From Psilocybe cubensis (lineage: Eukaryota), in NCBI GenBank assembly GCA_017499595.2, contig CM038999.1:496001-560000 (forward strand): 64,000 nucleotides of DNA, read 5' to 3'. The notes under the pieces are model-generated. The model saw only the letters and a list, made by a program, of their open reading frames with translations, searched no databases and was not told where the DNA came from. Below, one piece after another: positions 46,780-61,356 of the stretch; position 1 is the first letter of the stretch; every line of letters starts with the position of its first letter. The translations under genes and the position numbers were made by a program.

Positions 46780-49522
46780 AATTAAATAGTACAGTGTAAA
46801 GCCTCTGCTTGTGTATAGTAGCCTTGTAATGTGACTGCAAATGGAAAAGTAGGACAGGTGTGGCCGAAAGTAAGGAAAACGGGAAAAGTAATCATGTGTT
46901 GAAACTTTACCGTAGAGTGTAATGTAAGCATCAACCAGCTTCCAGCGTCTAATCATAACATTTTAAAAATGGACGAGGAAAACCAGTCCGACCATTCAGA
47001 TTCAAACTTTAAAACGAACATTATCAAAGATTTCATTGACACCCAAATCCTATTTGCCTCCCGTAGCATGTGAATGTATCAATAATGTCAATAACACTCC
47101 AATATCTTTGTATTACCATTTTATATATATATATCACTCCACGAGAAGAGAAATTACTATATATTACCCCTGAGAAGGTATATCCGTTTTTTGTTGATTT
47201 GAGGCCTAAACCGACACTTTCCGACAGCCATATATCTCTGCACTACACAACTCACACCTACATTGATTACTTTTTATCGCCCAGGGCGCGTCCTCATTCC
47301 AATCCATGAAGTTACCGCACATGTTTGGCATTGACTCATAGACTAGACTCAATTTGACAGACGGTTACTGCCATCGCTACTTGAGTGTCAGTGTATTACC
47401 CGTTAATAAAGCACTATGTGGTAAGAAACTTAGTATATTTGGCAGCATTATGTTTCAAATGAATGTGAAAGACGGATGGACCAATATATTTCAAGTATGT
47501 TGTAACATTTGATTACCTACTTTGTGGAATTTCTATATTCTGAATATCCCGCCGTGAAAAGTCCAAAAAATGGAGACAAAAAGAGACAGGCTCATAATGC
47601 TTTATTTCTGTCAAAATTTTGAAGAGTAATGAGTTGAAACTGCTTCACAATATGTATGGATTGTCACAAACACAAATTTTGTGAAATACCGTGTGAAACG
47701 AGAGGGTTTCCGGAAATTATATGAAATTTACAATAAACGTGCTCGTCGGTCCAGAATGAACCGAGCTTCAGGTGCAAGGGTCCTGTAAAACACAGTGGTA
47801 GAAATGAAATGGTAACGGTAATAGTGTTTACATGGTCATACGATAACCGATTACAGTTTTGAATAGATTGACATCTGACGGGTTATCCAATCTCCCGAGT
47901 CCTTAGTACGCCACCCTGGGGCGTATATTGGTGTTTAGATGGTCATACGACATTAGGTTTTTGATTGAACGACTCAGGGCAGTTCTATAACCATTCTGAG
48001 TAGCGTACACGTTACCGTGGAATATACACTTTTGTCGTACTCCACAACGAGCAATAGTTCATGCGGATTCGTTAGTTTATCTGCTCCAGCCTCCCACGGG
48101 AGATTTCCACCAGAATAGCATACGTAGACATGCATACCAGATAACCTGAATTTCAAAAGCAGTTACCATTCCTAGATGTCCATGATGATTAAATGTGAGC
48201 TTATTCCAACCTATGACACTTCTTCTTGTCTCGCCACATTCAGTACACCTCTCCCGAACGCGGATGCAATAGCCTCGAATCTATTCTCCTCGACCTCCGC
48301 AAGGAATAAATCATGTCTATCAGCAAGCTTATCATCGCTCAGCTTGTTCTCGCATATGACACCATGTTCGCGTGCATACGCGAGTCTACTTTGTTGTCTA
48401 TGGTTCCGGTCAGTAGAACGTTTTTGTGTTTAATAACAAGTCATTCGACAGAGCATACGCTGACTAGGATTAACCTGATTTTTTTAGACGACAATGACGA
48501 TCACCACTAGTGTTATTTTTAATATTGTCGATGCGGCAAGGCAGAACGCCTTGGCTACTCTTTCGTAGAGGTGGGGGCTAAACCGAACATGTAAGTCAAC
48601 AATGGGGTATTTGAGTGACTGTGTAAGATTCGTGTGCAGTGTTCAATCTCAGATACAAGCTGTTATGGATTTCTTTGTTTTGATAGGAAATCGGAATTGT
48701 ATACTTTTCGAGGCTTCTATTCTGGACTACATATGCATTCTGGGTTCATCATGTCACTCGACGACAGAAATGATTCAACTATTAACGACAAATAACCCAG
48801 ACTTTACTACACCTGTTACTGTGTGAGATGCCCCTGGACCAGGCACTCAGGGACTGTTCCTCTGGCATTGGGGTCAAAAAAAAAAAATGACGTGGATGTT
48901 CATTGTCCCTACAGTTCTAGTCGTTTCTGAGTAAAAGAGTACAACATCATCAACAAACGTGAAAAGCTAGGATTTAATTGACGGCACTACTGGGCAGACT
49001 TCCCGATGCCATCAAACACATGTCGTCGTGTTATTGACATGCGTACACGTAGGGTCTATACTGTACAGTATCTAGGTAAGCTTTGAGATCAAGATGGGAG
49101 CTGAAGTCGCTTGGACGGGCAGAGGCGAAGGGTTATGATGAAGCTCATGCATCAAGAAAACCGCCATGTACAGAGGAAAGGTGCGAGGATGTTAGAACAT
49201 TAAATTGGTACGGCGTTCCATAATCGAAGAATAGAGGGCATTGCCACGCATATACTCGACATTAGTAAACTTTTGGACGTAGAGATCTGCCGTACATCGC
49301 GCCTACAAACTTTCCACTCAACCTCTACGCTTCCGGATGGTTTTCGACAACAAGGTTCTACAAACCACTATAATACCCTTTGCTTTTACATGTATAGGCA
49401 TATACGACTCATAGTTTCAATTTGATACCGAGTCGCACATCATACTTGCTGTGTATGGATGAAACGGTCGCATAAATGCGCGTATGATGAAGTTTGTGAG
49501 TGTCTGCATTTGCAACTAGGGC

Positions 49523-50016
49523 TGTGACATCCCTAGCTTTTCCCATCTTCGTTATCTTCCTTTTGTTATCTTATCTATGTTTCAACTTCATTCCTATTCC
49601 GTCGATCACCTGAGACTGATTAGATTACTTCCCTTCGGCTAGATTGTATATTATTCATCTTCCTTTTCTCCCTTGGCTTTGTTACTTGATTCGGATTCTG
49701 ATTACCTTGGCTAGCTAGTCCTACAGTATAAATACATTCATGTTTCTACTGTAGACCCCAGCGAACAACGAACACTTACACTTATCTTTCGAATGTTCCC
49801 GCTTCCCTACCTAATCTCCCCGTGTGCCAGAACGACATTATCGTTACCTCCCAGTCACGATAGTCACTTCTGTCGCATTCGTGGTGTCCCTCTCTCCCAA
49901 TCATCGCAACACAAACCCAATACAACACTATCAACACCAACACACCTAGCTCCTGGACCCCCTCATTGCATACCATTTCCAGTACCAACGATCACTTTTC
50001 CAGGAGGGAATACACA
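49523..50016 (+). mobile_element. Possible solo LTR
   Basis: Begins tgtgacatccc and ends gggaatacaca (TG...CA, 8 of 11 inverted match). Pyrimidine-rich body with internal tataaata at ~49727. No matching TSD. Confidence 0.4.
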
Positions 50017-51688
50017 GTTTCACTTCAAGACAGTCTCGAACACAAATTCCATACGCTCCGCCGTACGTACGCTCGCCTTGTTCGACCAATTCGCGTGCCG
50101 TAGGCCGATTCCGTTCGACGATGGTAGGTCCAGTGTGTAGTACAGTAACATTCGAACGGTGTGTGTGGTGATGTGCGTGCGCTGGAACGGTAGGAAGATG
50201 ATCGCATACCCGATCTCGGTCTGTAGGTCTATGACAGATGTATGTGTGAAACCGATGATACGCAGTATGGTCTGGAGTTCGTCGGATATGACAAAGGTAA
50301 CTGATCCAGAGTTGGTATGGATGTTCACGAGGTAGTCATTTGTGAACGCGTCCAAGTCTGCAAAGGGCTTCATGGGTAGCAGGTCGGATACGTGGGGACA
50401 CACTTGCATTTGTGTAATTACAGGAAGAACGTGTTCCGAAGGCTACAATGCTTGCGTCAAGGTACAGTAGAATGTACAGTGCTAGAAAGGACGTACAACG
50501 AGAGGTACGAGTTTAACGTTGTTAGCTCTCTAGAAATAGAGGTAGAGGGAAGCAAAAGTTGCTATCCTGTGTGGACATTAGAGGAATATGTCGGGACCGT
50601 TCGGTAGCACCAACCAAGTGTTTGCTTTTACATCGGATAAGAAAATGATTTGACAAGGAAGTAATAATCCTAGCGGTGATATTAGATAATGTCAAATGGC
50701 TTTACTGTGGCTCAGCAGTTGCGTCGTGCTGTGGACATCGCGCGTGTTGTAGGTCCATATTCTATCGTCACGTCCGTAGCCGAGAAACTGCATGAAATAT
50801 CTAGCATGTGATGTCACAAGTTATGATATAATATTAGAAAACAATTAGCGGGGATCTAAGTGTAAAGTGTAGTATGTTTGCGTAGGCGGATATGCTTGAA
50901 GAGACTGACACTCGGTACTGACTTTTTCCTGATAATTTCATGCCACATTTAGTCCTCGAACAAATCCAAACCAGTTCCAAATACAGCGTTGCACTTGTTC
51001 CGAACAAGTACCTTGCTTGAAGCCGGGCGCAAGACAAGAATTCCAGCGCATGCAACCCCAAGGCATAGCGTTAGAAGCAGTAGAAAATCTCGTGTTTTTG
51101 AGATGTCCATCAGCAAGATGTGTGATAAGATAATTGGCACAATGGAATTTACATATTCCATCCTCTTGTATTACTCGATGTTTTGTACATGCGTCGACAT
51201 CGGCAGAGACCCGTCTATGTCTTTTGTGGTCTTCTTCATGATGCTCTTGAGTTTGACCTGACTGTTGTTGGTCATGTCTGTCATGGGATTATTATCTTGG
51301 TCGCCTTAGGTTCTTTATCCATTGCTCTTCCCTTTGACTAACGCCTTCCAGATGGAGAAACCTGTGCCAAATATACTGAGCTGGAAGTGTGTGTATCAAT
51401 CCTGTGTGTGCTCGGATGATATGGGTTGCATGTTCCAAGTAAATGCGTCCGGTCAGTAGCATGTAATTTGGACGCGGTTGGTTGGGCTGTTATATACGCA
51501 GGCATTTATCGGTTATGGGAACTAGGCATCCTGCCCATGTAATATAACGAAAAGCGTAGGCTTACAGACAATGTTTGATGTCTCGACATGTATCTAAATT
51601 ATATGTCGGAGTACACACCTGTCTATTACACATCTAATTACATATCCGAGTCGTTGTTCGAGTACATTGCGGTTGAGTGGCGATTACA

Positions 51689-53047
51689 TTAAGAACGATT
51701 AGTATTTTTTCCTCCTCTACCCGATCGAAGCCGGTTTTTGGAATTGGTTTCAGGTGCATCAACATGCACGTAGTCGTCATCTAACACGGGTTCGTCGTTC
51801 ATATTGATGTCTTCCTCTTTCTCGACATGACCTTTCCTTCGATAGGAGTCTTCTTCTTGGTTGTATGAATCATGCAACCTAATCCGTTTTACTGGTCTAG
51901 GAGAATGATCTGGTTAAAAAAAGATACCTTGCGCATTAGATGAATATCGACCATAATAAAGCTTAGCAACTAACCATCTGTGAACTCGACGATGTCCCCG
52001 GCGCAAAGTAAATTGAACGACTCGTCAACGGATGGGAAGAGTGAATGATCGGCTTTAGAATGTATTTGCTCCGGTAATTTCCCTACCCTTACAAATTCTA
52101 TAGGAATGATTTCCGGCCACCAATAGCCACCAGTAACAACAAACCCTAGCTTGAATGTCATCCAAATAATGTCTCCTTGCTTGAAGGTAGGTTCGTTAGA
52201 GTCCGCAAGACTGCTAATTCGATTTTCCGTAAATTCAAAGTATTTCGGTCTGTCTGGGTTCGGTATTTGATGAGCTTCAGGGAATCGTGTTATGCCTTCC
52301 TTCAGCCAAGGGTGAACTTCATAAGGGACTTTATATTCGCCACCCTCTTTGGTATTGAATGCTGAACGGTTCGCGAAAACTCGAGTGTTAATGATATATT
52401 TATCTCTATTAGTCGAGCTGCGACCGTTCTGCCATGGTCTACGAGGTCTGTTCCCTTTGTTAAATCCAGGTTGACGGCATACATGATCTTCAAAAATCTT
52501 CCCGTCATTGGCGGTCATAGAACGGAATTAATATAGTGTAGGAAGATACCTTGATATTGTCCCATATGCTAGTATCGCGGGATGTGTCGAAGGCGTAACT
52601 AAATTTACATTTAAACGATGGTTCATCTTGACTATTAATTGATATGAAAAGTGGTATTAATATACAATGATACTTTACATGCAAATTCACTTACATTTGC
52701 CCGTCAGGTACGCCTTCGGGTGCCTCCTCTCCATACGGTACAAAATTTCCGGTTTCGAGGTCAGTAGTCCATTTCCATATACCCGCGTGTACTAGTACAG
52801 CCACTTTCCCTGTGACAGTGTCACAGACCTGTAAGCGCGGACTATGGTCAACCGATATATTTTGTGATTTAGTATGAGCAGTGAGACTGACTATCCATTT
52901 CGAATTATTTAAACCTGGTCGTGCTACCACCAAAGGGTCGTTCGTATTCAAGGAGATGGCCGCTTTCGTGAAGGTGATGTCCTCTTTTCTTAATTTCTTT
53001 GACTGCCATATAGTCATTATGTCAGATATTTCTTGTGTGTGAGACAT
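51689..53047 (-). CDS. Hypothetical multi-exon protein, beta-rich with acidic/basic tail; possible OB-fold ssDNA-binding protein
   Basis: ORFs 52691-53047, 51970-52518 and 51689-51877 are linked by GT-AG introns. Contains PTFKQGDIIWMTFKLGFVV...IEFVRVG followed by a disordered acidic tail. The fold is inference only. Confidence 0.55.
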
Positions 53048-53397
53048 AATGGAAGTCGAGTGTAAAATGTGATAAGAAGGGGTCGTTCAACTGGTACAAT
53101 CGAATATAACCTGTTGAAGTATATTCTTTTATAGCTGTATCATGTCGTAAAATGTGTCTACAATGCTAAGGCCAATGTTTTTTCAACTTTGGAAGGGTAT
53201 AGTAATCGTGATGATATAATACAATTTGATCCAAATGCGGGATGGTTGTGCTTTTTGCAACGTAATTAAGATTAGTAATATGAGTAATACGTCGCACGTA
53301 AGTGGGAGGATGCTTACGAGCAATTTTCTGACTGATTCGTCGTATATATCATCGTACAGCGAAGAAGTGTTCTGTTGCTACCGAACAATATATTCGA

Positions 53398-54320
53398 ATG
53401 GCCGACCACGACTACGCAAAGGATACTCTTTTCACTTCGATGGCATGTTTACCCCCAAATTTAATCTACCGGATAATGTCGTTCTGTCACTTAGAACAGT
53501 TGATCGCAATGAGAGGGACTTCACGTCTCACTCGAGAAATTGTTCAGTCGTACGTCAGGTACATCTGGGGTTTTGAACCAAGATTCCGACTCTGGTTTTT
53601 CGATGTCCGTGGTTTCCAGCGCAAATTACGCGAATGTCGAGCGATAGTATCGGGATCCCAAGCGGTACAATTCTTTGATAGAACGTATATACCGGACAGC
53701 GACATGGACATCTACACCCATCATAAAAGTGTTCTACGACTCGCAGACTGGATAGCAGGTGAAGGTTACACCTTTGTTTCAGGAGATGTTCAGTACGATT
53801 ACGAAAAATCGTTCAAGACGGATTCTTCGATACCTTTTCGATTGATTCCTAGTAGAAGCTCGATCACAGTGGTTTTAAATTATCGCAAGACGGAAATTTT
53901 ATGGGACGGTACTCAATATTGTCGGTCTATTCAAATTATAGGGGTTGTTGGGTCCCCAATTCGGCATATCCTCCACGAATACCATTCGAGTAAGTACACT
54001 CTTCTGGTAGATGTTCGGATCATTACAGTTAAATAACGGTAGCGGGAGTAATGAACTTCATTTCCGCCACCTTTGCAGTGTCCGTCTTCCCTCGACACAC
54101 TTTCATAGACAGAGAATTCAAGTGTGTGCGCAAAGAAGGCACTGAAAGACAAACACGTTGGATAGAAAAGTATACCAGCCGAGGATTCCGTATTATACAC
54201 GACAGAGAACAACATTTCAAGTTCGATCTTTTAGACACTGTGCGCGATGTCCTGGATACTCAGTGTTGGAGGATAAATTTTGAATGTACGTTTTTTTTCT
54301 TTCTTTCTTTTTTCCTGTAA
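53398..54320 (+). CDS. F-box-like N-terminus plus pol-beta-type nucleotidyltransferase motif protein (3' end may extend to ~54550)
   Basis: LPPNLIYRIMSFC (F-box-like); IVSGSQAVQFFDRTYIPDSDMDIY (GS...DxD); intron at ~53990-54041; VMNFIS...WIEKYTSRGF. Confidence 0.65.
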
Positions 54321-54752
54321 ATCACTTGAGTGTGATCTGACCGTTAATATATTTTAGGTTCGAGTCATCTAATGAACCAACGTCGAGCAGAAGAGAAGTT
54401 GGTCTCTGTACCGTTCTGTGTCATTCGAATACCCGACTCGCAAACGAACTCCGGAACTGTGCGGGTTATACCGTCTCTTCAATGTAAGTGACATTCATAT
54501 CTAGGCGTAATAACTAATCGCAAACAATCCAGTACAATTAACATTACGACGGATAAAATGTCTTGTAGCGCGTGTACAGCAAAACTTACAGACCCGTCAA
54601 TGATCCGACAGATGAAGTGATAGCATTTTCCAATGTTATTTCGAAATTTAAGGCTCATGTGACGTTACGTTCGATAGATTCCATGTTTTTCATCCACCTT
54701 GACATTGTTGTTGGGATTAATACTAGAAACAATTGGTCTGTAGTGATGAAAC

Positions 54753-55290
54753 TTACAATGAGAAAATAGATACGACAGATTCGATTTGATTGATGTTAAA
54801 ATCTATCGGGTGTATACCGTTAACGTCGTATTGGGCAACGACGATGTTACCGTGCCATTGAATGTTGTATATTTTCTCTACACTCTTGTTAACAGGACCG
54901 CTCCGGTCGTTTTTTGACACGATTATCCTAAGATGGTTCCCGAGTCTGAACGCGGTACCTGGAATACAGGTAACTCGGGAGCTGATGGCACCATTTGGGA
55001 ACAGTCTTCCAACGTCGAATACATCCGAAGTTCTGTCGTTAAATGGGGCAATACTCATGAGTTCGATTGAGCCACCTGTAGCGAAAACAATGCAAAGAAC
55101 GCGTCTAGGGGCCTATAGATACGAAGTAAGTTCGGTCATATCTCTAATAGAAGAATAGCATAGATGATACATTTTCAGTGCGTACATTCATTTCGTGTGC
55201 TCTGGCCCTCGTAAATAAATCTTCGTGGTGTGTAATATCCGGTTTCAGGTCGACAGAGTGCTGGTTATATAGTAAGCGAATGGTCATAAA
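54753..55290 (-). CDS. Small hypothetical multi-exon protein
   Basis: ORF with VNKSVEKIYNIQWHGNIVVAQY (N...WxGNhhV pattern recalled from Agaricomycete hypothetical proteins), flanked by splice-like sites. Confidence 0.35.
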
Positions 55291-58200
55291 AAGCAATAGT
55301 GAGAGGTGTACAACGCACGTCGATGATCCAACCACCTAAGCCAGCCATTACAAACATACTTTACCAGTGTTCTGATATACAATCGAATTTATAGTGGCGG
55401 TAATAACTGATTGGGGCGACGATGGTCAAGTTGTTGCTCTGGCACAATAACTCTCCGATCTAGATGGACGTGAAGTTTACGCAGTTTACCGGTGTTTTTT
55501 ACGAGCCGTTAAACGCTCTTTGTAGGTGGAGATACTCGAGTCACACATTTCTAGTGAATGACATAAATCCGATACTGTACATTGTATATTTCGTGTGATT
55601 TGTGTGGGTTGAAATCTCCATTTGGTGTTCCTATAACAAGTAAGACAGTGTCATTACATCTGGGTTATACAGTTGTATCCGTGCGTGATTATCAACTTCG
55701 ATCACAGTTCCTGGAACCATACTGTTCTGAGAACATGGTTCACCGGATAGGATATTCGAGAGTTCACATGCCATGCCGTGGCGTATGTGTAGTCATTCTC
55801 CTTGAGATACAATTTGAATAGAACGCTATCGCGTCTAGACTATAAAACGTCGACGCCAAAAGTCGACCCTGTATTGGACTCAATGTGAAGATAGTGAAGT
55901 GTGCCGGTCAATTGTACTTTTCAATACTCGAGTTTCTTTTGATAAGACTAGAAGTTGGAGTGACTGTGCTTGTCCAGTCGTTAACATTCGTTCCGTCGTA
56001 CATTTCAATCGCGTTTGGAAATTTATTATGTTAATTTCTTGACGCAGTAAAAGCCACAGTCGATTGAGTTTTTGGAACCCATCATCCGTTTGTTTTGTCC
56101 GCTTCTGGGAACTGTGTATGTAACTCATAAAAGCGATTTATTTGCTCGTCATATCATTAGCTCATCAGTATATAAATTGGAATAAATTGAAACAAAAAGT
56201 GGTATAAAGACATTTAGAGGTTTCAGATTTCAGATACCCGTATATATAGATCCAAACGCGCTGATGTTGTGGTCGAGGTCGTCAGTCGCGATGACTTTAA
56301 ATATTGGTTTTAGCTGAATCGTTGTAGATAGAGAAAAAATTCTATATTTGGAAGTATCCTTGACAATGTCTATCCGGTTCCGTGGATTTGAGACCCAGAT
56401 TCTCGCGGATTTGAGGGCCAAAAACAGTAAACTTTCGGACAAGCCCTTAGGAGATAAAAGATTAGCTTTGTCAATTCGGGTCTCGTTGGGATTTTTTTTG
56501 GATGTTGAAATCTGTTCTGGTAGTCAATTTTACGCTTACACTTATACAAAAAATACTAAAAATACTAATGCATGTAAGTCTGGTTAATCGGTCAATTTTA
56601 AGTACAGAGAAGAAAGAAACAAATATGTACAAAAATGTATCATAGCAAATGTACCAAAAAAAAAAATAGTCAGTTATACAGAGTAGAGATATATGAAAAT
56701 ATCTGAAAGCCAGTCAGACGGTATGGTCATCAGCGTAGATGTTAGGAGGGAGAGGAGTATTCGTCGCGAGTCTAGTCCAAATGGCGGTCATGATTGGCAA
56801 ACACGATAAAGAAAACTGTGACAAATAATCCCTCAACATTCACAATCATCGACCAAACAATGTCCCAACATTTGGCGATATGCCAGAAATCCATTCAAGT
56901 AATGTTTGACAAAAGGGTGAAGAAAAACACGAAGAAACATTACCTCAACATGCATCTTTTAGAAAGTGAGAGCCTTACTTTACAGCAAGGCCAAGTTTCC
57001 CAGGCCATTCGTTCCTGACTGAACTATTTCGAGTTCCGACGGTTTCATCGGAACGGTTGGTCAAACGGTTCAATTTTGGGTGAGTCATACTTTGTCATGT
57101 CCATCATGTCTGTTCATTGGAATTCAAACGAGAATACTCTCCAATTCGAGCCGTTCACCCAGACCCTGCGCTTTACATTTGTCTCTTCTCGTACTCTGGA
57201 TATGTTCGACGAACAGGTATGTATGCAAACACGTCACTCGTTACCTTGCGTATTCAGAAAAGATACGAAGATTCACTAAGGTATGGACCGCGATGTTAGA
57301 GTCCTCCTCTTGATCTCGTCCTCTCTTCGTCACCGCCACTCTTGTCGTCGCTACATTTCTCTCGTCTTTATCCTTGTCGTCACCAACCATATCCCAGTCA
57401 CTATCTATTGTCCTGCCATCATATGTCGTCTCGCTGCCGCTACATCATTTTGTCGTCGCTACCAACACTACCACTCCTCTCATCGGCATCCATTGTCTTC
57501 ATCCGAGTCTCCTACTTGTCTTCAAGACATTTTCAAGTCTCTGTCTAATGTTTGATTACATGGTTTGCTGGTAAGTTTTAAATTCCGTTGTACGTTTCGT
57601 TATGTGTGTTGAGGACGATAATGTATGTCACACAGTAGTTTTTTGATTTTTACAGGTTTGACTCGGACTCCTAACTCACTAGTGGTGGACAATGCTTGTT
57701 GACCAAAGACGGGCTTTCGTTGTTTTCCCGTTTCCATTCACAAAAAGCGCCGTGTTCTCGTTTTCGGTGTCTTATTCCTTCGCCTTCGCTACGTTCTATA
57801 CGTCCTCAGTTTCGTCAAAGAGATGGTTAACTTGTATCTTATGTCATATCACTGAGACAGCATGTAGCTGGAAAACACTGTTCGTTTAAACGTGTTCCTG
57901 TGTTGTTTCTCCGGGTTCTATGTAACATTGGCGCTGCAACTCATTCCGCTTCCGAATGTTGTGGTTCTACATATCTCTTGACCATCCCATGCTCTTGGTA
58001 CTGATTCGCCACTCATGTTCTACTTACCACCCCTCTCGTGTTCAACCCTGTTGAGTCATCCCACAGTCTGTCTTATGCCGTACCCAGCCGTGTGACGAGT
58101 AGCGTACTCACCACTGCTGTTTACGTCTCCACTTGATAGATCTGCCGTTTGTTCCTATAGCAAGATTTCGATGAGTGACATTTATTGTGTCAATATTCAC

Positions 58201-59133
58201 AAGGTTGAGGAGTACGTAAAGTTCTAAACATTAATACTTAGCAGTTCAATAACTGTTACTTGTTTTGTCTCCTGAACGATTTCATATTGCCCAAGACATT
58301 ATACCTTGTACAGTTCGTTACCGTGTCCATATCTAGTCCATTCGACACAAGGATCGATTCTTCACCTTTGACAAATTTGCAATCCATCACGCTTGCGCCT
58401 ACAGCCCTGCTATGCGCTTTGATGAACCCTGTTGGGGCGGTGAGTTTTGCTTTTTCTATCTGATCTAGCACAACCACTACTGCTGCTGTTGTTGTGTGCG
58501 TTAGAACCAATTGCAGAGGCAGAGAAAGGTTCGCCGTTGCCTGTAGCCTCCTGCAACGCAACAATACTGACCAAAAAATCAATAAAAAATAGTACGAACC
58601 GATTAATGTCCAGCTAGACTATTACTCAAAAACTCGCACATTACAAGCTCCGGTTTGTGTAGGAACGCGCCAACCCATATGTGGTGCAGAGACACGGGGA
58701 AGGTGATTTGTGATGAAGTGCTTGTTTGGACACGGATGTGAATCATGTATATTAAGTTATCTGGCGTGAGACATGATAGTGTTTTCCTAGTACATAAATC
58801 TCTTAGTTGTGATTGGGTACATATGCAAGTGCGGTTCATCTCCTTGATAGCGGCGCTGAACGAGATGAGGGAAGTGCCGGTAGCACTGATCGGAATCTTG
58901 ACGTTGACCATCTCAAGAGGGCAAGAGCTCGGATATCAGCGAAGACTTCAGTAAAGGCGGAACCGGTCAACCAGATAGCAAATTATAACCAAAATTTCTA
59001 AGCACAAAAGAAGGCTTCGTAAATGCCACGCTTAATGCAATTGCCTACACTAGACAAGTACTAATCGATGCGTCTGCGAATCAGTATATATGTTCTATGT
59101 CATATTCGATACACCAGTACCTAATTCTGTATC

Positions 59134-60800
59134 TTAATATTCGATCTGATCTTCTTCATATTCGTTTACGTTCGGTTCTTTGAAGTACGCAAGTCCTAGA
59201 ACGTCTGATGGTCTTGGTCTGTCGAATGGATCGAGACGGGTCATAGTCTTAACCACAGTGTGTACGTCGTTGTCTTTAATTAGTTTCTAATGTATCGAAT
59301 TTAGCGACATGCTCTGGTATTCTTTATTTATTTTGGAATGTACTTACCCTTAATGTATTTGATTTATCTCCGGTTTTTCTGATCGAGTCTGATATACATG
59401 GGGTCGTGTGGTGGGTTGTTGGATCAGGATAAGTGAAAGCATGGCTATATGGTCTCCTTATCTGTGTAATGAGACCGCTTGGGAAGGGTCCTAGAATAGC
59501 GTCGTATAGAAGCGTCTTGTCCCGTTTGTAATATGGTGACCTGGTACAAGAAGGAAAAAGAGGCACACGGGTGAATATTTCCGTTATTATGCAACCTAAC
59601 GAGAAGATATCATTTGGTCTGCCGATTGCTAGACCTATCGAGTCATATGGAACGGGTGAATACATTTGTCATGAATTTACAGTAATTTATTAAAACATTA
59701 CCATAGACCACTTCCGGTGATGCATATTGTTCCGTACGGTCCGTTAGACGTGTTTCCTCGGTAGTGTATCCATAAAATGAAAGTCGTAGTTTAGTTGCTG
59801 CCAGTACTTTCTGTGTATTGAACATGAATGACAGCGCCGTTTGAGTAGTAAGGTAGAGTTTTACCCTTGTGTCGAATTGACCGATGAAAAAGTTATACCA
59901 CTTCTCTTCGATCACGTTGCCGTTGACGAAATCTATAGTATCCGGTGATATGTCTCTGTGCATTATGCTGTGTTCGTGTATGCCTAAAGAGTTTTTAGTT
60001 TATGAACAGTAAGTCGTTGAGCTGTTACTGACTGTCGATTGCGTGCAATAGTTGGGATACAATTTCTTTTTTGTGTCGCTCGGATAAGTAAAGCTCTGGG
60101 GTTGACAGAACTTCTCTTAATGTTCTTGTCGGTGCCTCGAATACCAAGTAGTAATAAATTTTATCGGTGTGGTATCCCATTAACTTGGATATTCTAAGAG
60201 GCAACAGATTTTCAAGCGTCATTGATCATGGTCATTGCCACTTACCTTCCACTGCTTTCCCCTATCGCTCGAAGCCATTCACACTCAGTGGCTATCATAA
60301 TGTCCGTGGCTCGGGTCCGACAAACCGTTCTTACTATTTTCATGGTCTTGTCTATAATGTCCTTTGCTTGCACTAGCTGGGACGATCTGCCTTCGTGTAG
60401 GATATGTTTAATCGTATCTGGGTATTACGGCGTCGGACTTGTTAATGTCATGTATGTCATAATCTCGTGTTATACGCTCACAACGATTGCATAACATTTT
60501 ATTCTGTGGGAACCTATATAAAGCGGATTGTAAATGTCATGGAATGTTATTCCTGAGTGTGTTACATACCTCGGAGGTGTGTTGATAGTCCACAATATCT
60601 CTGGCATAGTTGTACCTTGTATACGTAGAGTGTTTACTATGCGTGAGTCTTATGTATTTTTCGGAGTCGGTTATCGGTTCGAACCAGCCGGTCGAAGGGG
60701 TGCGTATAATACAATTCCGTCGTAGACTTTCAGACTGTGATATACGCGTGAGTTTTCCGTTACTCTCCTGTTGATGTCTGCGGTGAGACCTGTGCGAAGT
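59134..60800 (-). CDS. CMGC/CLK-like pseudokinase, multi-exon (start uncertain)
   Basis: HILHEGRSSQLV (degenerate G-loop), KIVR for VAIK, YYYLVFE, HRDISPDT, SFYG for DFG, TEQYASPEVV, DIFSLGCIITEIFTRVPLFP, LDPFDRP. Stop at 59134-59136. Confidence 0.75.
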
Positions 60801-61356
60801 ACTATGGTAAATGATTATTGGTCGTGATGGGAAAATCTGAAATCTGATATAGAACAAAATGCTCGTAATGTAAATTTAATCATTTGATGACCGTTCGTTG
60901 AACATTCATAAACGTCAGCAACCCGAATAATATTATATTATCATTAAATTTGAATATTTAGGAAAAAAAAAGAAGAAGATGAAGAAAATTGTTTCTTTAC
61001 TATGACCAACGTTTACAGAAACGTAGGGAACGATGAGAGTGTGTATTACTCTTCACTGAGTGGTAAGTGAATGGTCGTATTCTATATTTTCTTATTGATT
61101 AGTCATTAACATTGTCAGTAGTTTTTGTCGTTAGTCAATAGTTTTGACAAACTTAGAACCATGTGGTCCCGGTGGGCAAAAAAGTGTTGATTAGTCAGAA
61201 GGGTGGTCAGTTGATTCGCCACATAACGCGTCATGAACTGGTCACGTAACTGGTCTGGGATTGGATCAGGGTCATCGGGATGACGTGCTATTCGATTGTT
61301 TTGTATTGTTCTTTGTTCGAAAAAAGTTGAATGATGTAGGGTACTATATGCTTATA

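Noticed and set aside
47880-48500. Coding-like minus-strand segments here, and also at 50020-50409, 58256-58990 and 63157-63900
   Set aside because: May be further cargo genes or relics, but they have no identifiable motifs or reliable exon structure.
52921-52932. tgctaccacc matching, inverted, sequence beside the Helitron 3' hairpin as a 5' subterminal IR
   Set aside because: Only 10 bp and inside a coding exon, so compatible with chance.
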